Shown here piece after piece: positions 1 to 12,531 of a DNA stretch of 64,000 nt. Position 1 is the first letter of the stretch. Each line of letters opens with the position of its first letter. The translations under genes were made by a program, and so were the position numbers. Origin of the DNA: the human T2T-CHM13v2.0 reference genome, Homo sapiens; NCBI RefSeq assembly GCF_009914755.1, contig NC_060937.1; one strand, written 5' to 3'. The notes beneath the pieces were generated by a model that saw nothing but the letters and a program-made list of their open reading frames with translations, ran no database searches and was not told where the DNA came from.

Positions 1-655
1 CAAGCGAGGGCTCTGAGGACTGCCAGCATGCTGTCACCTCTCATTTTGTTTAATGTTTTCTATTTTAATGTTTTGTATTATCAGGTGTCTATCAAGTCAG
101 GATCACTTTACATGCTACTGCAGTGTATAATCTTGTCACAATGTATTATAATAAAAACCACCAAATATTACATATATGTGTGTGTATCTATACATGTAGT
201 TTTTTTTTTTAATAGAAAACCTTTGAAACCTTCACTGTAATCCTATCAGGGAAAAATGATTCCCTGTTTATTATTGTTGTTATTTTAAAACATGTAAGTA
301 AAGTGATATGAAAAATACATAATGACTAATGATTTGGGGAATTCTCAGGAATTCAGATTTCCTGCCTCCGAATGCTGCGTATTAGTATCTGTTGGAGAAC
401 TGGATGCCCTCGCTGGGGCGGGGGCTGTCTTCATGGGTTAGCCTAGGAGCCCAGCTGTTGTTCATAGCGTTTCCAGTGGGCTTCGCCTTTCAGAGTTCCC
501 AGTGTCCTGCCTTGTTTACGGGCTCTGCGAGTTCATTGGGTCTTTCTGCTTCTCTATTTTATTCATTTACTTGATTATTTTCCATTTATTGTTTGATGGC
601 CTGATGTTGCATTTTATTAAGAGTCTGCTCAATTTTCTTTCACTCTTGGGAAAAG

Positions 656-946
656 TGTCTTAGTCGGTTTTGCGCTGCTGTAGCCGTACCACAGACTGGG
701 TAATTGATAATGAACAGGCGTTTACTGGCTCACAGTTCTGAAGGTGGATGTCCAACATCAAGGTGCCGGCATCTGGCGAGGGCAGAAGGGCAGGAGAGAG
801 ACCCTTATGCCTCTTTTAAAGGTCATTAAACCAACCCATGAGGACACTGCCACATCACCTTTTAAAGGCCCCACCTCCCAGGACCCTTCCCTTGGCAATT
901 AAGTTTCACCATGAGTTTTGAGAAGACACATACCCACACCATAGCA
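656..946 (-). mobile_element. MaLR LTR (MST/MLT1A-like) relic
   Basis: TGTCTTAGTC...GGCTCACAGTTCTG...ACCATAGCA is the reverse complement of the recalled MaLR LTR consensus. Confidence 0.7.
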
Positions 947-984
947 GCAGGCATGGTGCTCAGTCTGGTTTTCTCTTCTGGCAG

Positions 985-1035
985 GGCATTTTGGAAGTGT
1001 CAAAGGCCAGGGACATCCCTGTTGTCATCGACGCG
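985..1035 (+). CDS. NAXD: NAXD coding exon (likely exon 6): GILEVSKARDIPVVIDA
   Basis: ttctggcag| ... |gtgagt; 51 nt, phase 0/0; VVIDA(DG) motif of the YjeF-C/carbohydrate-kinase fold. Confidence 0.96.
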
Positions 1036-1111
1036 GTGAGTTGACTTCTCTCCTCCTGGCTCGGACTCCCGGAAGGCCTGTGCAGTGAGCACGGCTCCTT
1101 GTTCTGTGCAG

Positions 1112-1216
1112 GATGGCCTGTGGCTGGTCGCTCAGCAGCCGGCCCTCATCCATGGCTACCGGAAGGCTGTGCTCACTCCCAACCACGTGGAGTTCAGCAG
1201 ACTGTATGACGCTGTG
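1112..1216 (+). CDS. NAXD: NAXD coding exon (7): DGLWLV...[16 protein letters not shown]
   Basis: tgtgcag| ... |gtgagt; 105 nt; LTPNxxEF signature of NAD(P)HX dehydratases; follows a 76-nt intron. Confidence 0.97.
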
Positions 1217-1459
1217 GTGAGTCAGTGGACCCCCTGGAGGGTAGATGCAAGCCCTGTTCGTCCTGAAGAGGGTGAAGGACGAGCTCCATGCTTCTGCCCA
1301 GCCTGTCCCTGTGGACACACCTGCAAGTAATCGCTGTGCCTCTCCCAGCGGATGGCGCGTCTTCCCATTAATGCGCTTGGATTGGATGAACGATGGCGTA
1401 GTGGGCTTGGGACAGGCAGGGACTCGGGTCAGTCAGTCCCTCCTGCAGTGCACTCTGGA

Positions 1460-1600
1460 CAGGTCACTTTGTCTGTGTCCTGAGTGCCTCATCTGTAATG
1501 TGATGATGGCATCAGCTTCACGGGGTTGTGAGGATGAGATGAGGAAACCTATGTAAAGCCGTGAGTCCCCACATGGTAAGTGTCCCATCAATGTTAGTGC
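1460..1600 (+). mobile_element. MIR fragment
   Basis: CCTCATCTGTAA...GGTTGTGAGGATGAGATGAG...ATGTAAAGC resembles the MIR core. Confidence 0.55.
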
Positions 1601-1907
1601 CCAGTACGACTGGAATTTGTATTACTCCTGCAAAGCTCTCAGAATCCAGTCTTGGGTGGTCCTCCTTCAGCCTGCTCTGATGAGGTAGAGGATGGGCACT
1701 GGAGCAGGCACCGTGTCAGCACCTGCTCGGAGGACTCACTGCAGGTGATATCCTGGGCATCCTCCCACCTACATGGCCTTTAACAGGTGCCTGGGTGATC
1801 CCTTTAGACACGAGAGCATGAGTCTCATGGCGGATGGGACAGGGCTATCTGTCGTCGTGTGTCTGAGGAAGACTTTGCTTTTTCTCTGTCTTCCTGTGTT
1901 GTCATAG

Positions 1908-2028
1908 CTCAGAGGCCCTATGGACAGCGATGACAGCCATGGATCTGTGCTAAGACTCAGCCAAGCCCTGGGCAACGTGACGGTGGTCCAGAAAGGAGAG
2001 CGCGACATCCTCTCCAACGGCCAGCAGG
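1908..2028 (+). CDS. NAXD: NAXD coding exon (8): LRGPMDS...[17 protein letters not shown]
   Basis: gtcatag| ... |gtgagt; 121 nt, phase 0/1; VVQKGxxD motif. Confidence 0.96.
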
Positions 2029-2759
2029 GTGAGTGGCGGCTGCCCTCTGTGCATGGGCCAGTGCCAGGTCAGTCAGCATGGCCACACCGAGCATGAGCCC
2101 TGGAAGACCTCTCCCGTGCACACCCGTGTTCACACACATTCACACAGGGATTCCTGATGAGCTCGTCAACCACACTTTCTTCAGAGTCCATGTTTTGACT
2201 TTTCACTGTTTTGCCAGGGGAGGTGACAGTGGTGAGGGCAGGCTTTCGAGCCGTGGGCCTTACCCGTTGGTTGAATTCCCTTGCCTCAGTTATGAGAAGC
2301 AGTCTGGCGGGAGGGTGCCTGCAACAGCAGGGCACAGTGCAGGGTCCCGCGTCTCCAGCTGCCACCTTCATCTCACCTGTGGCATCCACCATCCATGCAG
2401 TTATTTGGGTATTTTATTGCATTTCATTCTCTTTTATCAAAATGACTGGAAAGTGCAGAAAGCCCCGAAGCTGATGCTGGTAGTGGAATCTCAGGCACTG
2501 AGTGTGGCGAGTCTCAACTGGCCACTCCCACGGAGCCTGGGGAGGCTTCAGCAAGAGCCAAGTGAGAGCAGGGCAGAGGCCGGGCCCAGCGCCAGCGAGG
2601 CATCTGGGGAGCCGTGCCCTTGTTAGCGCTGAAAATGGAAGCCCCTCCATTCAGGCCTGGACAGATGATGGGCAGCGAATGTGCTCACCTGCTGAGCTGT
2701 GGGGCTGGACTAGGTACCAAAATCAGGGTAGAACACTGAGGCGTCTGTGGGCGGGTGTG

Positions 2760-2945
2760 TGCACATCCACACTTGTACACTCACATTCACATGCACATAT
2801 GTGCACACACATGCACTTATTCATACACATGCACAGTTGTGCTCACAGCCTCGCACGCCCTTGCACACTCGCACTTATACACATGCATGGTCATGCTCAC
2901 AGCCTCGCACACGCCCTCGCACACTCATCCACACACAGCTGTGCA
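2760..2945. repeat. Degenerate CA-rich low-complexity tract with an internal ~54-bp duplication
   Basis: CACAC-rich; GCTCACAGCCTCGCAC occurs twice. Confidence 0.7.
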
Positions 2946-3571
2946 CAAGGAACACAGAGCAGATGTTCTCAGAGGGACTCTGACACCTTTGAGATGAGGG
3001 TTTTTTAATCACTGGAAGGCTCTCTTGGGTCTAACAGGTTCAGAGAATGTAACACCTGGTTTTCAAAACATTTTTCAAAGAAATAGAGAATTCCCATACA
3101 CAGGCATACGTGACGTTATGAGGCCGGTGGAGGCCTCGCTCGGTGTTGCCCTGTATGGTTGAGCTGTGGTTTAAGGTGAACTCTGGAGTGTGGGCTGCAG
3201 GTGAGGGCTCCGTCCCTGGGAGCTAGTGGGAGGAGCTGGAGGCTGGCGCCGCCCTGCTCAGAGCTGCCTGCTTGGGCTCGTCTGAGGCGGTTCCGAGCTG
3301 CAGGTGTCTCCACCAACCTGCTGTGCTACACAGCGGGGTCTGGGGCAGCCTCACCACTGCGTGTCTTGGTTTCCTCTTCTGTAAAACAGAGGCTGCCTCC
3401 AACCCTTGGAACAAACAGGGAAGAGCCGTAGCAGGCAGGATGTGAGTGGAGCCTCAGGCTGCTCCTGGAGGGTGTGGCTCTGCCTGCCGTGCGGCCTTCC
3501 ACACCCGTGGCTACTGTCACATTCACACACATGGCCATGCTGACACCTGCTCTCACTTCTGCCCTGTGCAG

Positions 3572-3692
3572 TGCTTGTGTGCAGCCAGGAAGGCAGCAGC
3601 CGCAGGTGTGGAGGGCAAGGGGACCTCCTGTCGGGCTCCCTGGGCGTCCTGGTACACTGGGCGCTCCTTGCTGGACCACAGAAAACAAATGG
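3572..3692 (+). CDS. NAXD: NAXD coding exon (9): [25 protein letters not shown]...GPQKTNG
   Basis: tgtgcag| ... |gtaagg; 121 nt, phase 1/2; GGQGDLLSG catalytic/anion-hole motif. Confidence 0.97.
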
Positions 3693-4684
3693 GTAAGGCC
3701 ACGTCTTCATTTATTCTACTTTGAAACCGTCTGATTTTTCTAAGCTGTTTCAGTAGCTCATGCGTTGAATAAGTAGCCCTGGAAACACTGACAGTGAACT
3801 CTAGGCTTCACTGGAGAGATCTCGGCACAGACGAACCCTCTTGGCAGAAGCTTCCACCCCACACTTGGGCCTGGGCCTGTCCATCATTCACTGTGGATGG
3901 GGCCTGGGGCAGGGGTGGTCTTCAGAGCTCTCCAGAGAGTTCCGAGGTGCAACCAAGGCCCAGCAGCACGCTGTTCTGGGAAGTTGAGTGGTTTATTCTG
4001 TGTAACACAGAATACTAAGATAGAAAACAGACAGGGTCAAGGCTTACTTAGACACTTGTTCTTAAAGATGTGAATTTTCTTTAAGAGACAGCAGAATTCT
4101 AGGACCAGGGCCCTTGGCCCAGTTCTGTAGTCAGAGAACTTTATGAATGCAAGCAGTTCCCATACCTCTAAGCATCTCCATTTCTCTTCTGTGAGCCCAT
4201 CAAGGTGGTGGCTGCAGGTGCTAGGTGTGGCAGACCCGGGCTTCTGGAGGGTGGGCAGGGCTGTCATCCAGTGGCCTCATGTGTCCTCATTGCCGGGATG
4301 GCAGAGTCTGGGACCGTCCCCCAAACTAGGTGTGTCCACATGAATTTGAGAGCTGAGGAGGTAGGGGTGTGGGCAGGAGTCTTACTGTTCATTCTGCTGT
4401 GTTCACTCGAGTTGCCTCCACCCCTCCCCCAGGAGATGGAGCCCTGGTAGCAGGAATCCCCATTCTCAGACCTCAGATGCCCTCTGCACCTGGGCACTGA
4501 GAGCACAGTCAAACAGGGCTAAGCAGCTTGTGCCGCCTGGCTTTCCCCGGGAACACCTGGCCCACTGTGTGCCCTAGCCCTGGACCTGTCTCCGAGTACA
4601 TAGACGTTTCCTGTGTGCCTCCTGCCAGGGAGTAGTGGAGGGTTAATGGTGGTTTTCGCTGTGATAAACCTGCTTTCTCCTCAG

Positions 4685-4964
4685 GGGCATATCAGACTTG
4701 AAATTGACAATTTGGGGTCCTGAGATTGAAACAGGAGTCAAAACCAGAGCCCAGGGTAGCTGCGGCCCCCGGACCACGACGCCCACTTCCCCACACCTCC
4801 TGCTGTCCCCCTCTCCGCAGGTCCAGCCCTCTCCTGGTGGCCGCGTTTGGCGCCTGCTCTCTCACCAGGCAGTGCAACCACCAAGCCTTCCAGAAGCACG
4901 GTCGCTCCACCACCACCTCCGACATGATCGCCGAGGTGGGGGCCGCCTTCAGCAAGCTCTTTGA
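4685..4964 (+). CDS. NAXD: NAXD alternative last-exon frame via upstream acceptor ([10 protein letters not shown]...GRLQQAL*)
   Basis: ctgctttctcctcag| at 4684, 136 nt upstream of the main acceptor; phase-2 join opens a 92-codon frame, 43 aa longer than the main tail, matching my recollection of a 390-aa isoform. Confidence 0.7.
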
Positions 4965-4971
4965 AACCTGA
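4821..4971 (+). CDS. NAXD: NAXD last coding exon (10): [12 protein letters not shown]...AFSKLFET*
   Basis: ctctccgcag|, phase 2, TGA at 4969-4971; matches the NAXD C-terminus. Confidence 0.97.
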
Positions 4972-6435
4972 GCCCACGCAGACCAGAAGTAAACAGGCAC
5001 CTTGGACGGGGGAGAGCGTGTGTGTGATGGGAAAATCCGGACCCACGCGTGTGCTGAAGGCGTACGGTGCTTGCCAGATTTTCAACTTGAGCATAAATTG
5101 GTTGCCATTGAGAATTTAAGAATCTGGAATATTGCAGCTCTTGGTTAAACTTAATGCATGGTTGGAGATGTTATGGCGACACTAAACAAAGTATTCCTGA
5201 ACTTTCCTTAGCTCCTTGGTAGTAACTGGGAAGACAGAAATGAAGAAAATCACATGAGAATGAAGAATTCTTTAGCAGCTCAACAGAGTTTCTCGGCCTG
5301 CTCCCAGATCGGCGAAGTTTCTACTTGTTACTCTCTCTGCCGACGCCCTTCATTCCCCCCGCTTCCCTTCCCTAGTCTTTCCTCCGGCAGGGAGCTGGGC
5401 AGGGGTCCCCGGGTGTCTCCCTGAGTCCCGACTGCACTGACTGGGTCCATCAGAGGGCTGCTTCGTTCTCCAGCTCATCTTCTTTTAAAGTGGTGACTAG
5501 CTTGGTGGTATCTGGCTGCTGGTGTTTGGCTTATTGACATACTCCAGGGTAATCAATGATGACTTTGTTTGGAAACCCTTTTGGAGGCACCATGGGAACA
5601 GAAGGAAACATGAGTGACGCTGACCCTTGAGTGTGTGGGTGGGGAGCTCTGAGACGCCTCCTGTCCCACGCTCTCCGGTGTCCGTGTCTACACAGGGGTC
5701 CCCATGATACCCACCGGCCCCAGCAGGGCAGACCGGACCGGGGACGGGCACGGTGAAGGGCTGCAGCCTGGGGTCTGACGTGGCCCCTAGTGCTGTCTCA
5801 GGAGAAGGCTCTGGAGGACTTGAGGCATGCTGGGCCTGGTGCAGTGATGGCGCTAAGGAGACCCGGGGAAAGACAGTATCGTGGTCACGTATGCTTAGGA
5901 AGCAGCACAGCTGTGTCCTTAGGGATGTTCGCGTCCAGTAAAGACACTGGTAACTGCGGTTTCAGCCAACACTCTTCATGGCAGTGTCGACCTCGGGTTA
6001 GCTTCTGTTGTCTTTGTGGATGGTTTTCCTGGAGCGGCCTGACGTTGACGTGTTCTCTGGTCCCATGTCTTAGCGGGGCATGGTACGGTTTCGTGCCTGA
6101 CGCGTGCATTAGGGTGTTCTCTTATACTTTCAGTAGCGTCTTTCCACAGCAAGGGCCAAACCCTCCTGGTTCCCTTCAGAGTCTTTTTGGCCTGATGATG
6201 ACTCTTGAGTGATACCCTGTGATGCAGACATGCCCCAGATGGATTCTACTTTCTTTAAAACTAGGGACTTTCAAGATTAAAAAAAAGATTGTCACTACTA
6301 ATTTGACGCCTAACTTCAGAAGCTTCACTGTCTACATGTGAACTTTTCCAGAAAAACTGTGCCATGGACATTTTTCCTCTGGGGAATTAACATCTAAATT
6401 CTGGTAACTATTAAAAGACAGATCTGGTTAATTTA
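4972..6435 (+). other. NAXD: NAXD 3' UTR (end approximate)
   Basis: From the stop codon to ATTAAA at 6410 plus a downstream T-rich element. Confidence 0.65.
6410..6415 (+). terminator. Probable NAXD poly(A) signal ATTAAA (alternative AATAAA at 6590-6595)
   Basis: Hexamer followed ~25-45 nt later by TATTGTATTTTTTT. Confidence 0.6.
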
Positions 6436-7869
6436 AATTGAGTATTGTATTTTTTTCCTTAAACAGCTAAAGCTCACCTTTCAACTTTCTTAGGTGAGGA
6501 CATTGTGTGAGATGCCAGGGAGATAAGAATATCTAAGCCTGTCTGTGTGAGATTGGCCTCCTCGCCAGCGCCTCTCCCGTGGTGGCTGCAATAAAGCACC
6601 TTGAAGGATAAGCCCAAGGCAGCCCCTTCTTTCCTTAGGAAATAGAATTCAGCAGTCACAGGAACTATTCGTCTGGTTTTTGTTCTAAGTAAAACATCCC
6701 TTTGCTTAAAGGAGAGAATGGGTTTTTTTACAAGCAGCTCATTGCTTCCATGTTCTTTCTCAAACCCACGTATTTCACGCACTCGCTCCAGCCGGACACG
6801 CTCCCAGGAGCTTCCCTGGACCAGGAGAGCAACGGGAAAGTGTGGGGGGGTGGGCGGCCCGTAATGCCCCAGTACTGAGCAGCCCTGTCGAGATGCCTCA
6901 TTGTAAGGAGCCCTCTGGGGACTTTTTCTATGTGGGTAGCTTTACTAGGGTGATTTTCTAGGTGAGTGACTTCTGAACTGTAGACAGGAGACCTGTACCT
7001 CAGGGTCACGGTTAAATGATGAGCAAGCCCGTATCCCCAGTCACGGGTCCCGCTGCTGCCTGTGCCCTTGGGATTCAGAGATGCCAGTGTGACAGGGAGA
7101 GGCCTGGCCCAGGGTCTGCGAGCAGGAAGAGTGGAGAGGGGTCACCCTGCTGAGTCACTGACAGCTGTGGCGCTGGGCTTACCACAGAAGGGTGAGATCA
7201 GGAGCAAGGTGGATGCTTCAGGAGGCCACCGGTCCTGTAGCCCAGGCAGCCTGCCGTGTGCTGGCCGCCACCTCCCGCTCAGGAATCCTGTCTGTCACAG
7301 CTCGCCAGCTGGCTTTCAGCCTGGCTGCCCTGACTCCTCCGGAACCAACCTTTCCCAGGCCCAGCTCGACCCCATCACTGCTCTGCACAGACCATGACCA
7401 CCAAGATGGCCTGCAGCTGCCAGGATGTTAACTGCAGCGGGACTGCAGACGGGTTCTCAGCTGCATTTTTCCTATGCTGAATACGTTACTTTTGTAACCA
7501 GAGAGAAAACGTAAGATTGTGTTCTTGCTGGGGGAGGTGTCCCGGGGTTAGCATTGCTGGCGTCCCACCTCTGCTTCAGACTATGCTGCGTGGCCCACCC
7601 ACCTCACCCATCCCCAGCCCCTCCCTCAGGAGGAAACAGGCTGCATTCTGCCGCCTCCCGGGGTCCCTGCTCTTCTGTTGCTGTGTTGTCTGTTCCCTGG
7701 GCACAGGGCCAGCAGGTCTCACGCACAGGCACATGTGCTGCTGGATGCTACTGAATGTCTGACACTACTTCACTCAATCGACGGTGAGTCTGTAGCCACA
7801 GAACGCAGTGAGTGTTTAGGCTCAGTTACTAACAAACAGACGCCAGTGGGACACTGTTGGTTGCCTTAC

Positions 7870-7875
7870 TTTAAT
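7870..7875 (-). terminator. Probable CARS2 poly(A) signal ATTAAA
   Basis: tttaat on +, ~100 nt past the CARS2 stop; GT-rich downstream element (TCTGTTTGTT) on -. Confidence 0.7.
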
Positions 7876-7976
7876 GCTGACCTAGCAGCCCCGACAGGAA
7901 GCTTTAACATAAAGCCTTGACCCTGAGAAGCATGGGTGCGTCTTGTCGTGAGCAGGTTCATGGCTGTGCTCCATCC

Positions 7977-8048
7977 TCAGCCCGCTGATTTTTGGTCTTT
8001 TGTCCTTTGATCCAGCAGTTCCCACGTGGATGTTGTACTGCTTCTGTC
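7977..8048 (-). CDS. CARS2: CARS2 exon 15 CDS: DRSSTTSTWELLDQRTKDQKSAG*
   Basis: cttcttctccag|; TGA at 7979-7977; matches the CARS2 C-terminus. Confidence 0.95.
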   Translation of the reverse strand, partial: DRSSTTSTWELLDQRTKDQKSAG

Positions 8049-8360
8049 CTGGAGAAGAAGAGTGAGGTCCAACTCTGAGCAGACACCACGTCATGTGGCA
8101 CAGGGGGCTGACAGGCGTAATCAGGTTCAGGGTGCCTGTTCCCTCACCGGCCTGTCCTAAAAAGCTTGCCAGGCGCTTAGAAAGGGCCCCACTACCTCCA
8201 GCAGAAGGCCAGGAGCTTCAAGGCACCTGCAGGAGGTGGCGGGGGCTGAGCAGGACCCACGTCCCCGTGCTCAGCGTCCCCTGCAGCCAACTTGGCCCCT
8301 CCCTCACGGCCCTCCCACCTCATTTTTTATGGGGGTGGGTTTCTCTACTCAGAAGCATGG

Positions 8361-8656
<296 letters not shown>

Positions 8657-8754
8657 GCATGGTCACGGGGGATGTCTGGGCCTCTGATGGCCCCACGTCC
8701 TGTTGACCTACCCGGCTCCTGGGGTGATGTCCCTGACCTTGGTGCGGCACTCAC

Positions 8755-8961
8755 CTTGATGTTGATGCCGTGGGCAGTCAGGCCCCGGCGCAGGGTGTCG
8801 CATGCTTCCAGCAGGGGCTGCCTTTCTAGGAGCTGCTGCCGCCGGGCGTCCCCCGTGGCCTCGGGCATGGCCAGCGCAAACTGCCGGACCTTCTGCCGGA
8901 ACCGCACCAGCTCGTCCACCACACCATGCAAGGTAGCCTCGCTGCCGTCTCCTGAAACGTA
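8755..8961 (-). CDS. CARS2: CARS2 exon 14: [10 protein letters not shown]...LTAHGINIK
   Basis: cttcag| ... |gtgagt; 207 nt, phase 0/0; anticodon-binding region (CDxLR..L...GI.IKD). Confidence 0.96.
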
Positions 8962-10825
8962 CTGAAGCCAGCAGGGCGCGGTTACGTCCCCCGGAGACTG
9001 TGGATTGTGGATGCCCCCCTCCCCACCCCGTGGTTGGGCTCTGGGCCGACACCCACCCAGCCCTGGGCTTCCCTGATTCCCTGCAGCTGGGCCTCTTTCT
9101 GGGTCTGGCAGGGATGGGTACAGCCCGCGAGCGCTGGGCTCTGGGCAAGGCTCCACTCAACTCTGAGCATCTGTCGTCCAAGCAAGGCTGAGTGATCCTC
9201 ACTCGGGAGTTGGAAGAAAGGGCTGGGGGCTGCATGCCGCCCCGCCCTGAACACAAACGCTCCCTGGCTTCCAGACCTCACGCAATTGTGGCCGAGGTAT
9301 CAGGAGCAACCTGAGGATGAGGCTGGGGGGCAGCGACTGAGCGCTTGCACACGTGTGTTTCGGCAAATGGTCTGAGATTCACAGCCTCAGGTGCTGAGGA
9401 CGGGATTTGCGCAGAAGGCCTCGCGCTGTCCTCCCACTGAGAACAGATCCTGGGGCGGTGTGGAAGGGGCAGCTGTACCTATTTGTTAAATCCATGTGTG
9501 TAAAATAAGAAACAGACACAACATTTGACCTTGGTGTCAAACTACTTAAACCTCACACACCCCTCAGTTATTGCTTCCATGATAAAAGACAGTTTTTGTT
9601 ATTACAGAAATATGAGCCCAGAGTGGGCCCAGACATTGGGCCTTGCGGCCAGAGGAAGGTGAATGAGATATCTTTGACAAGGGCTAGGCAGAGCTTGGCC
9701 AGATCCCACTTTTCTTACTCAAAACAGACTCCGGAAAGCCACCCCTAAAAATGAACATGTACATTGCAAAAACTTGGGTCATCTCACACCAGTCGACTTT
9801 TATGTGATTGGCAACAGACGCCGGACTGCTGGAAAGGGGAACTAAGTCTACCAGGTGATCAACAGGTATACAAATGAGCCAAACTTGGAAAAGACACTAT
9901 AGTTCTCTGTTGAGAGCCAGCGAGACATGTTTGGCCCAGAGCCAGGCCTTCAGCACACCTGCTTGGGCCCCAGTCCCAAGCGGCGGGACCCTCGGGGTGC
10001 TGGGCAGCTGGTCTAGAGTGGCAGCCCCCGTCCAGGCAGCAGCAGCCGAGCCACACCCCAAAAGAGCCAGAGCGCCTTGTGCTGAGAATTCTACAAGGGT
10101 GTCCAAAGAATGACAGGAATGTTCAGGGACACAGCGCCAGCCCCAAGGGGCCTCTGTCAGCCACATACAAAGTGATGGTGGGGACTTTAAGAATAAGGCA
10201 GGAAACCTCAAATCTGTGTTGATAGAATAAACGAGTTTCAGGTGAGCCTGATAAGGAAGAGGATATTTTCATAGGATCCAAGTCTCTTTGCAAAAATGCT
10301 CTTGAGTTACAACGGAAGAGAAGGAATGTGGAGAAGCCTGGCAGCGTCCACCTTCACTGCACAGCCAGGGTGAGCCTCGCTGGGAAGGTGCAGGTGACTC
10401 GTGCCTGTCGGGGAGCCCGTCCTGTCCGTACAAAACATGTGCCAGGCAAGGGGGCTCAGGTCGCCAACTTGCCCTCAAATGGGTCAGGAAAAAATGTTCT
10501 CTTACTGTGCCTGTGACTTCTGCACATTCTGAGAGTCTTTGAACATAAACGTGTGTGCAGAGCTGGCGACATTCTGTTGCTGAGATGGACTCATCTCTGG
10601 TTCTGCGCACGAGAGTTTGCCAACTGCAGAAGTAGAATTGTGCAATTCCAATTAATAAGTATTGGCTCTGAGTGTGTTTATTTTTCCAGGAAAGTAACAT
10701 GTTTTTAAACAGGTAAATACATTAGTGTGGCATCATAATGCTCTATTCCAAGTTAAAAGGGTAAAGGTTATTGTCCCAACATGGAGAAAATTCCAGAATT
10801 AAGCATTTAAAATAATAGGACCTAC

Positions 10826-10924
10826 CTGTTGATTTGCCAGAGAAATTCCAACAGTTTCAAAAAACTGTTCAAAGTAAGAGATGATGGCACCAAACACAGC
10901 AGGACTTCTCGGCCCTTCAGGTTC
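10826..10924 (-). CDS. CARS2: CARS2 exon 13: [10 protein letters not shown]...GISLANQQ
   Basis: tcttacag| ... |gtaggt; 99 nt. Confidence 0.95.
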
Positions 10925-12407
10925 CTGTAAGAGATCATGTCGCAGAAGCTCCTTAAAAGCAGTCTTGATGGCAGTGGGCAAACGGAATTCAATGTCAAAA
11001 GACAAAGGCTTCAGCAGGTCACTTCAGTCTGGCCTTTCTCCTGGCTTCTATGGAGGGAGGACACAGCTCTGGCATCGGCTACCTCACTGCAGACCATACA
11101 ACTATAGGTGCATGAGGAATCTCTTGTGCCTCAGTTTACCCATCAGTCATGTGGGTGGTGACTAGCTCATCAGGCTTCGCGGGTGAAGCATGACCGTGGA
11201 GTATGGCAGGTGGCGCATGGTAGGTGGAGGCTGAGTGGGCACTGGGCTGGGTTTCTCAGAAAACGGGGAAATCCTGGTACGTGGCTCACATCAGTTACCA
11301 AGCACAGAGACCCTTGGGTGACACTAGCCTTAGTTTGCAGGTGCCCCAGAATTGCAAAGCTTGGGAAGGAAAAGCGCAGGACAAAAGCCAGCCTCTTTAC
11401 TTGTCCCGCCCCTTGCCACAAGAGGCCCCTGTTGCCCTAGAGCTGGGCCAGCCTGGTAGTGCCGGCAGCAGCTGCGGTGAAGGCAGGAGGCCGCGGATGG
11501 GCTGAGGAGGAGGAGCTCCCGTGCAGGAGCAGCCTGGCTGCGGGACCTGCCCCAGCCCGGCCTGGCTGCCTTCAGTGCGGGGCAGCCTGTTCCTGCAGCC
11601 GGCTGTGACTCAAATGCCCGCCCCCCTCAGAGGCGAGCCCTGCGCGTCTGCAGTATTTGGACCGAAGGCACCCGGCAAGGGCACATGGCACCCTGCCCCA
11701 CCTGCTGGTGCTCTGAAACCCAACACTGCACGCAGCCAGGGATGGAGACCTCCACAGAGATGCTCAACTAACAGAGCATGTGGCCAGAACCCCCAGGTGT
11801 TTCCAGAGGTGGGAGAGGCACAAACAGCCTCGGCTTCCCGGGTCATCAAAGGTCACGGGGCTCCTGACGCAGCGCCTCCCAGGGCCTGGCAGGGGACCCT
11901 CAGACGTGCAGGAACCAAAGCCTGCCGCCGCCTTCACGGTCTTTGTCCCACCTGCCAAACACTTGCAGTGACCCACGAGTCCAGGCTCAGACCCCTGGGT
12001 GCTTGGTGTGGTCATCACACTGGGGTGCAGATTGCATAACAGTGCATTGGGGTAAATGGGTCTTTCCTTAAAAAGTTCCCCACAAAAGCTCTCTCTGTGA
12101 AAGGGCCATGAATGCAGTGGGGACATGAGATGTGTCCCCTGAGGATCAAGCACACAGAATTTCGCAGCCTCAGGGGCTCCTGAGAGCTTGTTCCCCAGGT
12201 GGCCCTGAGGCCCGGGAGGGTCAAGCCCCAGGCTGGGTGCCATCCCGTGTGTCAGCGGCAGACTCGGGCTCCATGAGTTCCTCCACAGAAGCTGCGGGAG
12301 GCGAAATCAGCAGAGATGCCACCCAGCCGACATGAGAAAAACCCACCAGAGGACCCGACCCATGCCCCTGGCAGCAGGACCGCAAGGCCACCTGTTCGTT
12401 GAGCTAC

Positions 12408-12531
12408 CTTCAGGGACGCCCTGAGCTGTCCATTCCCGTGGTGTGCAAGGCCCAGGATGGCATCAACCACCCTGGGTGTGTCAAAGTCATCTGCCAAGGC
12501 CGCCTTCACGGCCCTCTTGGTGCTGGAGAGC
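12408..12531 (-). CDS. CARS2: CARS2 exon 12: (R)[21 protein letters not shown]...RASLK
   Basis: ttccctcag| ... |gtagct; 124 nt; ALxDDFDTP motif of the CysRS DALR domain. Confidence 0.96.
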
